Source: Chiloscyllium plagiosum | Taxonomy: Eukaryota | DNA: 64,000 bases | Direction: 5' to 3' | NCBI RefSeq assembly: GCF_004010195.1 | Contig: NC_057750.1 | Location: 1,984,929-2,048,928, forward strand | Shown: one piece after another, positions 39,655 to 52,812 of the stretch | Layout: every line of letters begins with the position of its first letter | Position numbering within the stretch: the stretch's first letter is position 1 | Program-made: the position numbers and the translations under genes | The notes under the pieces: generated by a model | The model's database searches: none | Seen by the model: only the letters and a program-made list of their open reading frames with translations | What the model was told of the DNA's origin: nothing

Positions 39655-41344
39655 AGTGCAGTAGATTATATGAGTGGATTTGCAAGTGTCCGATTGTATG
39701 TTTTAATGTCTGGTAAGGATTAGATGTGCCAGCACTGTAGTGATTTATAATCCCACCTGGTTCCCCCTGTAATGCTCCCAGTAGCTTGTTGGTGAAGGAA
39801 GATTTCAAAGCTGCTCTTTCCTTGAAATAGATTAATTTACGAGGTGAAATGCTACAAATATGTATACATATATCCAGACTCCACACAACCTTTATCAATA
39901 AGCTAGTTCAAATAGCCATTCAGATGATGCTCTCTATTAAGTGAAGCACATATAGGTATGGTTAACATCCATGTTTCTGCCATTCTACTTCAAGCTATAT
40001 ATTTTTAAAAATCTCTAATGAGTGATTAGACAGTCAGGTGGACCTTTGTACAAATTGATCTGTTAGAAGCTCCTTGGGGAGGTTTCGTTCAAATTCTGTT
40101 TTTCAGGGGGTTTCCATGATTTTCTCAAGTTACAAGGGAAAATGGCAGAACACGTGTCACCCCTCCCTTTATGTTCACTGGTGAATAATTGACCCATCAA
40201 TTCAGGTTGGTCTGGAACACTTATTTGGTCCGTTGTTGAAACATCAGCTGCATGTTTGGGTGTATTTGCCTCTGGGTGCTGACGGGAGTGCTTCACATGA
40301 TGACAATATGTTTACAACCAATTCATGTTTCTACGATGCCAGATCCAAAGAGAAGCTGTAATCATCTCTCATAATGCTGTCCTTTCATTCACTTCTCTTT
40401 ACCACATTGAAGCTTTTAATAAGCTAAAGCGTATGACATCGTTAGTTGCATTAATGTGTGATGTCAGACTGCCATACATCATAAAGTGTGGGTTATAGTT
40501 CCCTCTTGTTCCATTGCTGATCATGGCTGAGTGGTCCTGGTTAGTGTGATCCTACCTTTTTTCTCCCCCTATCTCACCCAAACTCAAAGTAAGATTACAG
40601 GATAATAAGCTAAGGCACCCCGAGATGGCTCATAACAACACCTTCCATTTTTATCCATCCTTCATAATGTTCTTAGATATCCCAGGAGTGTTATCAGACA
40701 CCATTTGACACTGTGCCACTTTGGGTTATATTGGAACAGGTGATCAATTCTGGGTCAAAGGTTGACCCCATTGGCAATGGTTATCCTGCTTTCTAGCATT
40801 GCTGTCCAATTCTGACCCCTTGCACATTCCCCCCACCATTATCAACAGTCAAGCCTTTGTGGGGCAATTAAAATCGGAGATGCAGATATATCAGAAGGTT
40901 GTGGGGTTGAAGGAGGTTACAAAGGTAGCAGAAGGCAGGGAATAATGGCCTATGGAGAAACTTGAGAACGAGGATGGGAGTTTTAAACTGGAGTCCTTTC
41001 TTAGCCCATCTTGGTCTGCTAGCAGAGGGGGATGCATTTGAACAGCTTAGGTCATGGTCAGCACAGTTTATAGGGAGTAGCATAGAATACAAGAAGCTAA
41101 CGAAACTGAAATAGTCAGCTTTGGGGGTTTATGAAGTCATAGATGAGTGTTTCAGTAGGTGGTACGTTGCGGCAAATATGTTATGGAAATAGACAATCTT
41201 AGTGCTGGTAAATCTAGATGCTCCTGTGAGAAGTGTGTTGATGGTCAAATGACAATGTTCTATGGGGCACAGAGCCCCTGTAGATGAATGTAGTGTAGCA
41301 GAGGGTCATGAAGCTAGTCTTTACAGAGGAGAAACATACTGAGG

Positions 41345-41745
41345 TTATAGAGTCATAGAAGGTACAGCATGGAAACAGACCCTTTGGTCCTATTTGTCCA
41401 TGCCAACCAGATATCCTAGATTAATCTAGTTCCATTTGCCAACATTTGGCCAATATCCCTCTGAACCCTTCCTATTCATGTACTCACCTGGATACTTTTT
41501 AAATGTTGCAATTGACCAGCCTCCACCACTTCCTCTGGCAGCACATTCCAAACATGCACCCTCCTCTGTGTGAAAAAGTTGCACCTTAGGTTCCTTTTAA
41601 ATCTTTCCCCTATAACCTTAAACCTATACCCTCTAATATTAGGCTCCTCTACCCTGGAAAAAAGTCCTTGGCTATTCACCCTATCCGTGTCCCTCATGAT
41701 TTTATACACCTCTAGAAGGTCACCCCTCAGCCTCTAACGATCCAT
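41345..41745 (-). mobile_element. CR1 3' fragment
   Basis: YKIMRDTDRVNSQGLF...FFTQRRVHVWN. Confidence 0.9.
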
Positions 41746-42945
41746 GTTACATAGGAGGAAGATATTCTCAACCATGACTGAACCAAATAGATATCCATTG
41801 AATCAGCAGGCCCTCCAATCACTGGTAGGATTGTCCCCAAACGCAAGAATAGTCATGTTTCACTACAGATTGCTGGTTCTCAAACTGGGATTTGCAGGAA
41901 ACTGTTCAAAGGATCCACAATATAAAAGTTATGGAGAAGCAGAGTGGCATATTCACACATACCTGTTCATTTTATTACTTAAATGCTTTTTACTTTGAGT
42001 ATTTCATATTATGTGCATTATAATTTAGATGGGGTCCACAATTCATGATACACTGGAAAAAGGGGTCCTTCAATTTTAACAAATATTTCAGATCCACTGA
42101 TGCAATGTTGAAGACTGCTGGAGGATAAGAATGTCCAAAGAGTGGTGCAAAACCCCCACCTGTGCCTTGAGTCCAGTGGTTAATAGCAGCTTAGTTAATA
42201 TTCTGTCCTCTCATCAGAGCCACTGACAAATTTGAGCAGCTTGTGGCAGAGTTCCCTCTGAGAACTGGTACACATACATGAGGCCTCTGCTAAAACAGTA
42301 CTGTACTAAAGCAGTTTAAAGTTCTCGATGGCCCTATTTATGCAGAGCCAGGAGATGAGCACAAGCCTTAGGCTTTCCACAGATTACTGGCACATTTCGA
42401 AATGTCAGTAACATCTCTCTCTCTCTCTCTCTTTTTTTTTCTCCTCCTCTTTCCCCCCCCCCAAGGTTTCATTTACACCATTTGTGGAAGAGAGAGAGAT
42501 GCAAAAAGTTATCAGCTGTGATCTTTCCCACAACCTGGGTTATCACATTATAATCTGTGTACACTTAAGGCTCAGAGTTTCCCATCCCCCTCCATCCTTC
42601 AATCTCCCATTTCCCCACCCCCCCTCTTGCTTCAAGCTTCATTCCCCTGCACAGGCTTCTGCACGTCTCCCTCTTTTCAGATGTTTTCTATATTGTGGAA
42701 CGTTGCTCGCTTTTCCTGTTTCATGACTTGTTCCTGATTTGGTTTCTGCAATGTCCTTTTAAATGGGTGCATTTTTTTTCTTTGATTTCCAAGTAAGTGT
42801 GCAGCAGTTGCATTTACAAATAGCCAGTAATGGAAACATTTTGGGTCCCTGCTGAGGCCCTTGCTTTTTCTTAGTCCCACACTCCTGTTCTGTGGATTGA
42901 AGTGGTGGCCATGTCTTGCAGGCCACTAATGGCTCTTATTCCTTG

Positions 42946-43040
42946 TTTCTGGATCAGTGGTGCTGGAAGAGCACAGCAATTCAGGCAGCATCCGAGGACA
43001 GGCAAAATCGACGTTTCGGGCAAAAGCCCCTTCGCTTCTC
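42946..43040 (-). mobile_element. Penelope pLTR stub with 14-bp TSD
   Basis: TSD gctcttattccttg at 42932-42945 and 43041-43054. The minus strand reads gggcttttgcccgaaacgtcga. Confidence 0.85.
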
Positions 43041-43773
43041 GCTCTTATTCCTTGGTCTAACCTAGGTAAAAACCACTGGTAAAGTCTGGTCACCATGGCC
43101 ACCTAACCTGTGTAGCTTAGTCCATGCTGGGTGAACCTGGAGGCAATGGGTGTTGTCCAGTGGGATAGGAGAATACTATCAACAACCTAAGCTAGGTTAT
43201 TATATCACTTTTAAGTTTCTGTTTGTCCTCAATAATCTGTGGTGTTCCTTTTAAATATTTTGTGTTTTCAGTTGATTCACCATAGTCTTATCTGTCACCT
43301 ATCCCTTGCCCTACTCCCCTTCCCCACCATATGCAGCCAATGTTGGGAATGAGAAAAGAAGCCTTGCTTAATTCAATGAAGGGTAGGTCGGGGTATTTCT
43401 GTGAAATTCCTTTGTCCTTTCTGCATGACAAATTAAACTAAGGCAGCACAAAATTCCTTTCCTAATATCCCGATTACCCTTTATATGCTGAAGTTACACC
43501 CCCCAGCTGACAGGAAACTCTGCAACTCCTTATTAAATGTTTGCAGCAAATTCATACTCAATATATCTATTCAAGCTTCATGACTGTTTGGGAATAAAAA
43601 AACACAGCTATCAAGCCTGCTTCTGAGCTTGAATAACTTGAACATATTCTGCCTCCATCCAATCTAACTCATTAGCATGGGCATGGTTAGACTTTTCTTT
43701 CATGGCCTCATACCTTTGTTAAGAATGGGGGTGAGCAAAGGATTCTGTTCCTGATCGCAGACGACTCTTTCAG

Positions 43774-44372
43774 AGGGAACTATACAAATATTTGAAGGAA
43801 CAAAAACAAAAGAGCTGCAGAATACTGAAGGACTGGGGCTGAAACACATTCTTTGGAAGGGTCAGAACAGACTTGGTGAGCTTAATGACCTTCTGTGCTG
43901 TCATATTCTTAGATTCAACTTTAACCAAACATTTCAAAAGTCGGAACCGGCGACAGCAAAGAGTTTGAACTCTGGATGAGATCAGATTCCTTCTTCACTG
44001 CAGGGGCAGCTGTGATTTTCACCTGAGCCTTGGTCACTCCTGAGAAACAGGAGCAGGTTCTTTATACGCCAGAGGAACTGTAATTTCATCCAGGCTCCTG
44101 TACAATGCACAGCTCACTATAGTTAGCAGCGATAGTGTTGAAGATGGATGCAGTATTTAAGTTTTTCTTGCTGTTGTAATTTTTCTTTGCTGTCGCCGGT
44201 TCCGACTTTTGAAATGTTTGGTTAAAGTTGAATCTAAGAATATGACAGCACAGAAGGTCATTAAGCTCACCAAGTCTGTTCTGACCCTTCCAAAGAATGT
44301 GTTTCAGCCCCAGTCCTTCAGTATTCTGCAGCTCTTTTGTTTTTGTTCCTTCCAATATTTGTATAGTTCCCT
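43774..44372. repeat. Inverted duplication with 189-bp arms (43774-43962 / 44184-44372) and a 221-bp spacer
   Basis: Manual alignment; one mismatch seen. Confidence 0.95.
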
Positions 44373-44459
44373 TTCGGCAAACCCTACTGAATTTGATCCC
44401 ACCACCATATATATCAGACAATATATTGCAAATCTTAACCACTTTACAGTTTTTACACC

Positions 44460-44875
44460 TGTTGCCAGGGTTGGAGGGTTTGAGCTATAGGGAGAGGCTG
44501 AATAAGCTGGGGCTGTTTTCTCTGGAGCGTTGGAGGTGATGTTATGGAGGTTTATAAAATCATAAGGGGCATGGATAGGATAATGAGACAAAGATTTTTC
44601 CCCAGATTAGGGAAGCCCAAAACTAGAAGACATAGGTTTAAGGTGAGAGGGGAAAGATTTAAAAGGACCTGAGTGGTGTGTGTATGGACTGAGCTGCCAG
44701 AGAAATTGGCAGCAATTGGTACAATTACAACATTTAAAAAGCATTTGGGTGGGTACATGAATAGGAAGGGTTTAGAGGTAAAAGGAGCAAATGGGACTAG
44801 ATTAATTTAGGATGTCTGGTTGGCATGGGTGAATTGGACCAAAGGGCCTGTATTCATGCTGGGCAGCTCTATGAT
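44460..44875 (+). mobile_element. CR1 3' fragment
   Basis: LPGLEGLSYRERLNKLGLFSLE. Confidence 0.9.
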
Positions 44876-45860
44876 TCTGCCTTTTTTTTATTACTGTCAC
44901 TCAGTCTTCTGGTTGTCATCCCATCAGCTACTGGAAATATTATCTGGCTTTAAAACTTTACATAAGATCTCTTATTCTTCTTTGTTACAGGGAGAACAAT
45001 CCCCAGGTTCTCCAGTCTACCCATGCAGTAATAATCCTTCATTCCCTGGAACCATGTCAGTAAATCACTTTCAAACCCTCTACAAAGCCTTCTCATCCTT
45101 CCTAAAGTGCAGAGTGTTGAACTGTCTATCTCTTCAAACTTCTTCGGATATGAATTTGCAGTTGGAATACTCTGGGAATAGTTTACTGGTCCCTTAGATA
45201 GCTGGTTTTGCTTTTTTCAACTTGGGAATTGTTGACAGAATTATAAGCAGTTCTGAGTCACAAATATTTACTTTATTGACATCAGCTTCTCTAATTGTGC
45301 AAGAGCAAGCTGCCATTTTAGAACAGTGCACAAGTACTCTAATTGACAAGCTGGCTGGCTCACTAAGTTTAAAGGGCCTCTGTTACTTGGCGTGAAAGTG
45401 TTACAGCTTTGCTTCAGCTCTGTCCTGCCTGTTGCCGTTACTTAGTATGACTTTGGCAAGGATCATTTTCCCCACCCTCTGCTGGGTGACTCAGTTTAGT
45501 AATGTGATATGAAGCTGCACAAAACCCTTACCAGATCCAAGATTCTCACCCAACCCCGGCCTTTAAAAAAAGGAAATCCAGAACCCAGTGTGGAAAATAT
45601 AATGATTTCAGTTTTATTGAAATCTTTTTGAAGAGGGCCCACAGAGAATTAGTTTCAAAAATGGGAAACTAAGGAATGGTCAGCTTAGCATTGATTGTGA
45701 GTAATAAGTAAGTAGGTTTGTGTTCATATGGCTCCTTTCACAACTTCTGGGTATCTCAAGCAGCCTCACAGCCAGTGAAGTACTTATTGAATTGTAGTCA
45801 CTACAAAACACAGCAAGCTCCCACAAACTACAGTTCATAATAGCTAGATAATTTGTTTCG

Positions 45861-46190
45861 TAGAATCCCTACAATGTGGAAGCAGGCCACTCAGCCCATT
45901 GAGTTCACACCAACCCTTTGAACAGTATCCCATCCATACTTCTCCCATCCCTATAACCTTGCATTTCCCATGGCTGACGCACCTAACCTGCACATCCCTG
46001 GACACTATTGGCAATTTAGCATGGCCAGTCCACCTAACCTACTCACCTTTGGGCTATTGAAGGAAACTGAAGGAAACCCACGCAGACACGGGGAGAATAT
46101 GCACACTCCACACAATTGCCAGAGGGAGGAATCAAACCCAGGTCCCTGATGCTGTGAGGCAACAGTGCTAACCACTGAGCTACCATGTTA
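45861..46190 (-). mobile_element. HE1 SINE nested in a Deu-type SINE (~45720-46440)
   Basis: HE1 body ggaaacccacgcagacacggggagaa. The flanks carry the Deu tail (cacagcaagctcccacaaac) and core (gtttaatgtctcatccaaaagg). Confidence 0.8.
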
Positions 46191-48662
46191 ACATCGTGTT
46201 TGTTTGCTGCTGATTAAGAGAGAGCTATTTGCCAGGATACTGAGTAGAACAGCCTCCACTCTTGTTACAAATTAATGCTCTATAATCTTTTATGTTCACC
46301 TGAGAGGGCATCCAGGCTTCCGTTTAATGTCTCATCCAAAAGGTGGTACTTCAAATAGTGCAGCACTTCACTAGGTTTTTGGGATCTCAAACTCCTGATT
46401 CTCTGACTCAGGAAATAAGTAAGGAGAGGTGACCCACTGACCCAAGCTGCCAAAAGCGTGATAGCAAGGCAACATTAGCACAGCAATGTTTCTGTTTTAC
46501 AGTAAAGTCTACTTATAATGAGTAGCATGCTTAGGTGAGGCTGTATTTAACAGCAGCAGATGTATCAACTTGATACAAGATGACTAGAGGTGTTCAAGTT
46601 TTACCCAAGCTCAAAATTAGTCCAAAGTGAATTTTTAAAATGCCATTCAGTCCATCTTGCTCATGCTGGCTCTTTAAAGGAGCCATCTAGTTAATATTAT
46701 TTTGCTGAGCCTACCCCACAGCCCTCCAATTTATTTTCCTTTTCAAGCATTTAGCCAATTCACCTTTGGAATTTACAATTGAGTCTGCTACCAACACCCT
46801 CTCAGGCAACTCATTCTAGATCAATGCTCTTCCATCTCTGCATCTGGAATTTCAAGTAATGTTGGCCCTTTTTTAATTCATTAAATTATGGCATGTCTTG
46901 AAAAGCATGTCCACAGGGAACTGCACTGAGATCAACCAACGCTGTTCACTTTAGTTTTCCACAGTTGGAAAAGGGACAAAATTTTTGCCTGTCAAACTGA
47001 TGTGGATTCAGATCTGAATCTGGGCGGTGGAAAGCTCAGTCATCTTGCTATTAGCAGCTAGCTTCCTTTTAAGAAGTTAGTTCAGTAGGAATTACGTTTG
47101 TGTTATGTACAATATTCCACGATATCGATCTCCTCTCAGTCTTTTGTAGAAGCTGTATGGAGCACAAGTGGTGTGACAGTAGAGCCAGTGAAGTAGTGGT
47201 AATATCACTGGGCTAGTACTGCAGATGTTCTGGGTACACAGGTTCAATTACCATGATAGCAGCTAGTGGAATTTCAAGTCAATTAATGAATCTGGTTTAT
47301 AAAGCTAGTCTGAGTAATCATCAGTTGTCATGAAAATCCATCTGATCCATTAATCTCCTGGGAAGAAAAGCTGTCCTTTCCTGGTCTGACCTATATGTGG
47401 GCATTGCTGGCAAGGCCAACGTTTGTTGCCCATCCCATGAAAGATGGAAAAAAAGAAGTTTGCCAGATTTTGCCTGGTATCTCTCTCGTGAAGCCACTTG
47501 GGATGTTTACCTACCTTTAAAATGCGACATAAGTGAAAGGTGTTGTTGCAGCAAGTTGATCAAGGTTGTCAATTTGGAGGTCAGTTTGTCGGTTAAGTTG
47601 AAAGGTCATAAAGTTGATGCCCGACAGGAATGAAAAGCACCATCCATTTTAGTGTTGTTTCTGCAGGGTTTAATATTTGGCATATCAATTTCATACTTTA
47701 TCAATTTAACAGCTAACAAAAACACCTGTTTGGCAGCAATTTCCGTTTGTATAGCTACTTAATAAAATTTCACAAGGCATTTCACAGGAAGTATATAAAA
47801 GAATGGAAGTGAATTATTTAATAAATTCAAGGATTTATTCAAGGCTGAGTAGGATTTTATGAGGCAAAGGAGTCAAGTGCTGAAGGGGGCAGCCTGGAAA
47901 GTGGAGTTGAGATCACGATCAGATCAGTCATGACCATATTGAATGGATTTCTCTTGCTTCTAAGTCCAGCATTCCTAAGAGCATTTTCCAGGAAATTATA
48001 ACGACAAATGTCGTCAAAGTTTGCTCGTAGAGGTAGGTTACAAGGAGCATCTGAAAGGAATAGAGTGAGGTGCAAATGTAAAGAGCTTGGAGGGAATTCC
48101 AGAGCCTGGGACCTTGGCAGCTGAAGGCATGGCCAAGGTGCAGCAATATTGTCACGTTCCACTTGTTTGGACATGGAATGTGTATTGGCCTAAGTTACTG
48201 TAGGTTCAACAGCAGATAATTGTTGGGCTCATTTTGTGGTAATGATTGCAGAACATTGCTTGGAAAGTGTATCTGCTGATGGCTTAGAACTTTGTTTAAA
48301 CTAAAATTGAAATCAGTGTGCAGCATGTTGATAGAGATGACCTTTTTCAAAGATGTGTTTTTAGTATGAGGTGGACTTAGTTAATTTGAAGGTGAGATTT
48401 CCACGTGGAAGTGGATGAAAGGTCGTGGAGTGGGGGGGGGGAGGGGAGGTGTGGGTGAGGTGGGGTTGATATGCAGGAATGTAGAATTGAGGTTATAATC
48501 AGATCAGCAGTGAGTTTATTGAATTACCGAAAGGCTTACTGTTCACATGTTCACGAGAAATTGTGGGCAACTTCACAATTAATAGAAAGATTTTCCTTTC
48601 TCTGATGTCTTTCATGCTCAGGTTGTTCCCAAGTGCTTTTACAAGTGCAGTCATTAGTATAC

Positions 48663-49904
48663 TATCTTAAACTGCTTCAGTACATCTTTTACATGGTATA
48701 TATTGCTCTGTTGATGGTGAATGGGGTTGCAATCCCACTAATAATCTGTGAAAACCAATGGAGAATTCAGTGAGGATGGTGCCCATAAGTTCCAGGTCTC
48801 CCTGTCTCTCAGTCTCTGTAGGCACTATTCTTAGTCATTGTACATTTTATAAATTTTTTTTGGGCATGCCTTTATTCTCCCTGCCTGTACTTTCTCATTC
48901 ATTCTTTGCTTTCCCGATTTCTTTATTGAGTTCCCCTCTACTTTGTTTGCACTGATCTAGGAACTCTGCCATATTGAGCCCTTTCTATTTACCATAAGCT
49001 TCTCTTTATTTCTTAATCCTAACCTTTACGTCCCTTGACATCCAGGGTTCCCCAAACTTGGCCCCATCCCCTTGTTTAACTGGGAAGATATTTGCCCTGT
49101 ACTAGCTTGTTCTCTTTGAATACCTTCCACTGCACGCTCAGTTGCATCTGCGAGTAGAGGCGATTTGACCAAAGTGAACAGAGCGTATCACATTTTTGTT
49201 CCCCCCTACATTCTACACTAAAATTATCCCAGTTGACATTTGAGTGGTTAAAATCCCCAACTTTTGCTGCCTTATTATTCTTGCACGTATCTGAAGTTTG
49301 AATGTTGTTTGATCCTCTATCTCTCCCTGACTGTCTGTTTCTTTGCCTGGGAGCCTGCGGTACACACCGAGTAGGACATTTACCCTGTTTTGAGTTTTTC
49401 ACTTTTATCCATATAGCTTCATATAGTGATTATATTATAGACCCCTAATAGTCAGCGGGAAATTGAGAAACAAATTTGTAAGGAGTTTTCATTTATTGGT
49501 AAGAATAGTAAAGTGGTTATGGTATGGGATTTTAACTTTCCAAACATAGACTGGGACTGCCATAGTGTTAAGGGTTTAGATGGAGAGGAATTTATTAAGA
49601 GTGTACAAGAAACTTTTGAGTCAGTATGTAGATGTACCTACTAGAGAAGGTGCAAAACGTGACTTACTCTTGGGAAATAAGGCAGGGCAGGTGACTGAGG
49701 TGTCAATGGGTGAGCACTTTGGGGTCAGCGACCATAATTCTATTAGTTTTAAAAGGATGGAAAAGGGTAGACCAGAACTTATGGGTATCATCCTCACTGA
49801 ATTCTCCATTGGTTTTCACAAATTATTAATGGTATTGCAACCCCATTCACCATCAACGCAGCAATATATACCATGTAAAATATGCACTGTAGCAGTCTAA
49901 GATA
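48663..49904. repeat. Inverted duplication with 130-bp arms (48663-48792 / 49775-49904)
   Basis: About 11 mismatches by manual alignment. The right arm interrupts CR1 ORF2. Confidence 0.9.
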
Positions 49905-52050
49905 AGTTCTAAATTGGATGAAAGTTAATTTTGACAGTATTAGGCAAGAACTTTCAAAAGCTGATTGGGTGCAGATGTTCACAGGTAAAGGAACAGCTGG
50001 AAAATGGGAAGCCTTCAGAAATAAGATAACAGGAGTCCAGAGAAAGTATATTCCTGTTAGGGTGAAAGGAAAGGCTGGTAGATGTAGGGAATGCTGGATG
50101 ACAAGAGAAATTGAGGGTTTTGTTAAGAAAAAGAAGGAAGCATATGTCAAGTATAGACCAGATAGATCAAGTGAATCCTTAGAAGACTATAAAGGCAGTA
50201 GGAGTATACTTAAAAGGGAAATCAGGAGGGCAAAAAGGGAACATGAGATAGCTTTGGCAAATACGGTAAAGGAGAATCCGAAGAGTTTTTACAAATACAT
50301 TATGGGCAAAAGGTCACTATGGAGCAAATAGGGCCCCTCAAAGGTTAGCAAGGCAGCCTCTGTGTGGAACCTTAGGAGATACTAAACAAATATTTTGCAT
50401 CAGTGTTCACTGTGGAGAAGGATATGGAACATATAGAATGTAGGGAAATAGATGGTGACATCTTGAAAAATGTCCATATTACAGAGGAGGAAATGCTGAA
50501 TGTCTTGAGACGCATAAAGGTGGATAAATCCCCAGGATCTGATCAAGTAAACCCTGGAACCCAGTAGGAAGCTAGGGAAATGATTGCTAGGCCCCTTGCT
50601 GAAATACTTGTATCATCAGGTGAGGTGCCAGAAGACTGGAGGTTGACTAATGTGGTACTATTATTTAACAAGGGTGGTAAGGACAAGCCAGGGAACTATA
50701 GACCAGTGAGTCTGACGTCGGTGATGGGCAGATTGTTGGAGGGAATTCTGAAGGATAAGATATACATGTATTTGGAAAGGCAAGGACTGATTAGGGATAG
50801 TCAACATGGCTTTGTGCGTGGGAAATCATATCTCAACTTCATCTGAGTTTTTTGAAGAAGTAGCTAAGAGGATTGATGAGGCCAGAGTGGTAGACGTGAT
50901 CTATATGGAATTCAGTCAGGCATTTGACAAGGTTCCCCATGGGAGACTGGTTAGCAAGGTTAGATCTCACGGAATACAGGGAGAACTAGCCATTTGGATA
51001 TACAACTGCTCAAAGGTAGAAGACAGAGGGTGGTGGTGGAGGGTTGCTTCTCAGATTGGAGGCCTGTGACCAGTGGAAATGCCACAAGGATAGGTGCTGG
51101 GTCCACTACTTTTCATTATTTTATGAATGATTTGGATATGAACATCGGAGATATAGTTAGTAAGTTTGCACATGACGCCAAAATTGGAGGTGTAGTGGAC
51201 AGCGAAGAAGGTTATGTCAGATTACAACTGGATCTTGATCAGATGGGCCAATGGGCTGAGGAGTGGCAGATGGACTTTAATTTAGATAAATGCGAGGTGC
51301 TGCATTTTGGGAAAGCAAATCTTAGCAGGACGTATACACTTAACCATTAAGTCCTCAGGAGTGTTGCTGATCAAAGAGACCTTGGAGTGCAGATTCTTAG
51401 CTCCTTGAAAGTGGAGTCGCAGGTAGATCGGATAGTGAAGAAGGCGTTTGTTATGCTTTATTGGTCAGAGTATTGAGTACAGGAGTTGGGAGGTCATGTT
51501 GCACAGGACGTTGGTTAGGCCACTTTTGGAATATTGCATGCAATTCTGGTCTCCTTCCTATCGGGAGGATGTTCTGAAATTTGAAAGAGTTCAGAAAAGA
51601 TTTACAAGGATGTTGCCAGGGTTGGAGGGTTTCAGCTAGAGGGAGAGGCTGAATAGGCAGGGGCTGTTTTCCCTGGAGTGTCGAAGGCTGAGGGGTGACC
51701 TCGTAGAGGTTTATAAAATCATGAGGGGCATGGATAGGTTAAATAGACAAAGTCTTTTCCCTGGGTGGGGAACTCCACAACTAGAGGGCATAGGTTTAGG
51801 GTGAGAGGGGAAAGATAGAAAAGAGACCTAAGGGGCAACTTGTTCAGGCAGAGGGTGGTGCGTGTATGGAATAACCTGCCAGAGGACGTGGTGGAGGCTG
51901 GTAAAATTGCAACATTTAAAAGGTATCTGGATGGGTATATGAATAGGAAGGGTTTGGAGAGATATGGGCCAAGTGCTGGCAGGTGGGACTAGATTGGGTT
52001 GGGATATCTGGTCAGCATGGATGGGTTGGACCGAAGGGTCTGTTTCCGTA
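49435..52050 (+). mobile_element. Near-full-length CR1 ORF2 (APE + RT), frameshifted, inserted in an older minus-strand CR1 (~48830-49430 and ~52060-52770)
   Basis: DFNFPNIDW, PTREGAKRDLLL, PGNYRPVSLTS, AFDKVPHGRL, KFAHDAK and LEYCMQFWSP, plus the 3' tail. Confidence 0.95.
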
Positions 52051-52812
52051 ATGTACCTCTATGACTCTATTTGATAATCCTTCCAGCATATCGTTACCAC
52101 TCAATGTTATAATTGATTCCTTGATCATATTGCAACGACTCCCACCCATTTATCTATCCCCCTCTCTATCTAGACTTAATACCCAAAAAAACAGGAATGT
52201 TGAGCTGCCAATCCTGCCCATCTTTTGTCCAAGTCTTAAACATGGCTGTGATGTCATACCCCCACATGTCTATCTTTCCTTTCAGCTCATCTATGTTATT
52301 CCTCAGGTGCCTTGAATTAAATATATTCCATTTAACTTTACTAAACTCAGACTTTCTAAACTAGCCTGTGCTTCCCCTGCCTTCCAGACTCACTGCGTTT
52401 TAAATTCTAATTCCATCTCCCTTCTGAGCTGTGTCAGGATCGCATGCCCCTGACAATATCATTTTAAATCCTTCCCAACAGCACTAGCAAATCTTCCTGC
52501 AACGCTGTTGGGGAGGATTTATCAAGATTTATCCCATTCTTGTTCAGAACTAACCTGTGGAGCCTGTGCAGATCCCACATCCCCAAGAAATTGTCTTACT
52601 GCCTCCCAGAATGCCTCCTTTCTGGAATAGTGTCTCTGCCTTATATTCATCTGCTCTATACCTCCATTCTTATGCTCACTACATCGGATTAGAAATAATC
52701 CAGAGATTGCTACCTTTTGAAGGTCTGCTTTTCAATTTCCAACCTAACTCCTTCAAGTCTGCTTGCAGGAACTAGAGTCATAGAATTTGTAGGACCTCAT
52801 TTCTTTGCCTTT

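Noticed and set aside
46889..46912. p53-like half-sites tggcatgtct / aagcatgtcc with a 4-bp spacer
   Set aside because: An imperfect spaced match of this kind is plausible by chance in 64 kb.
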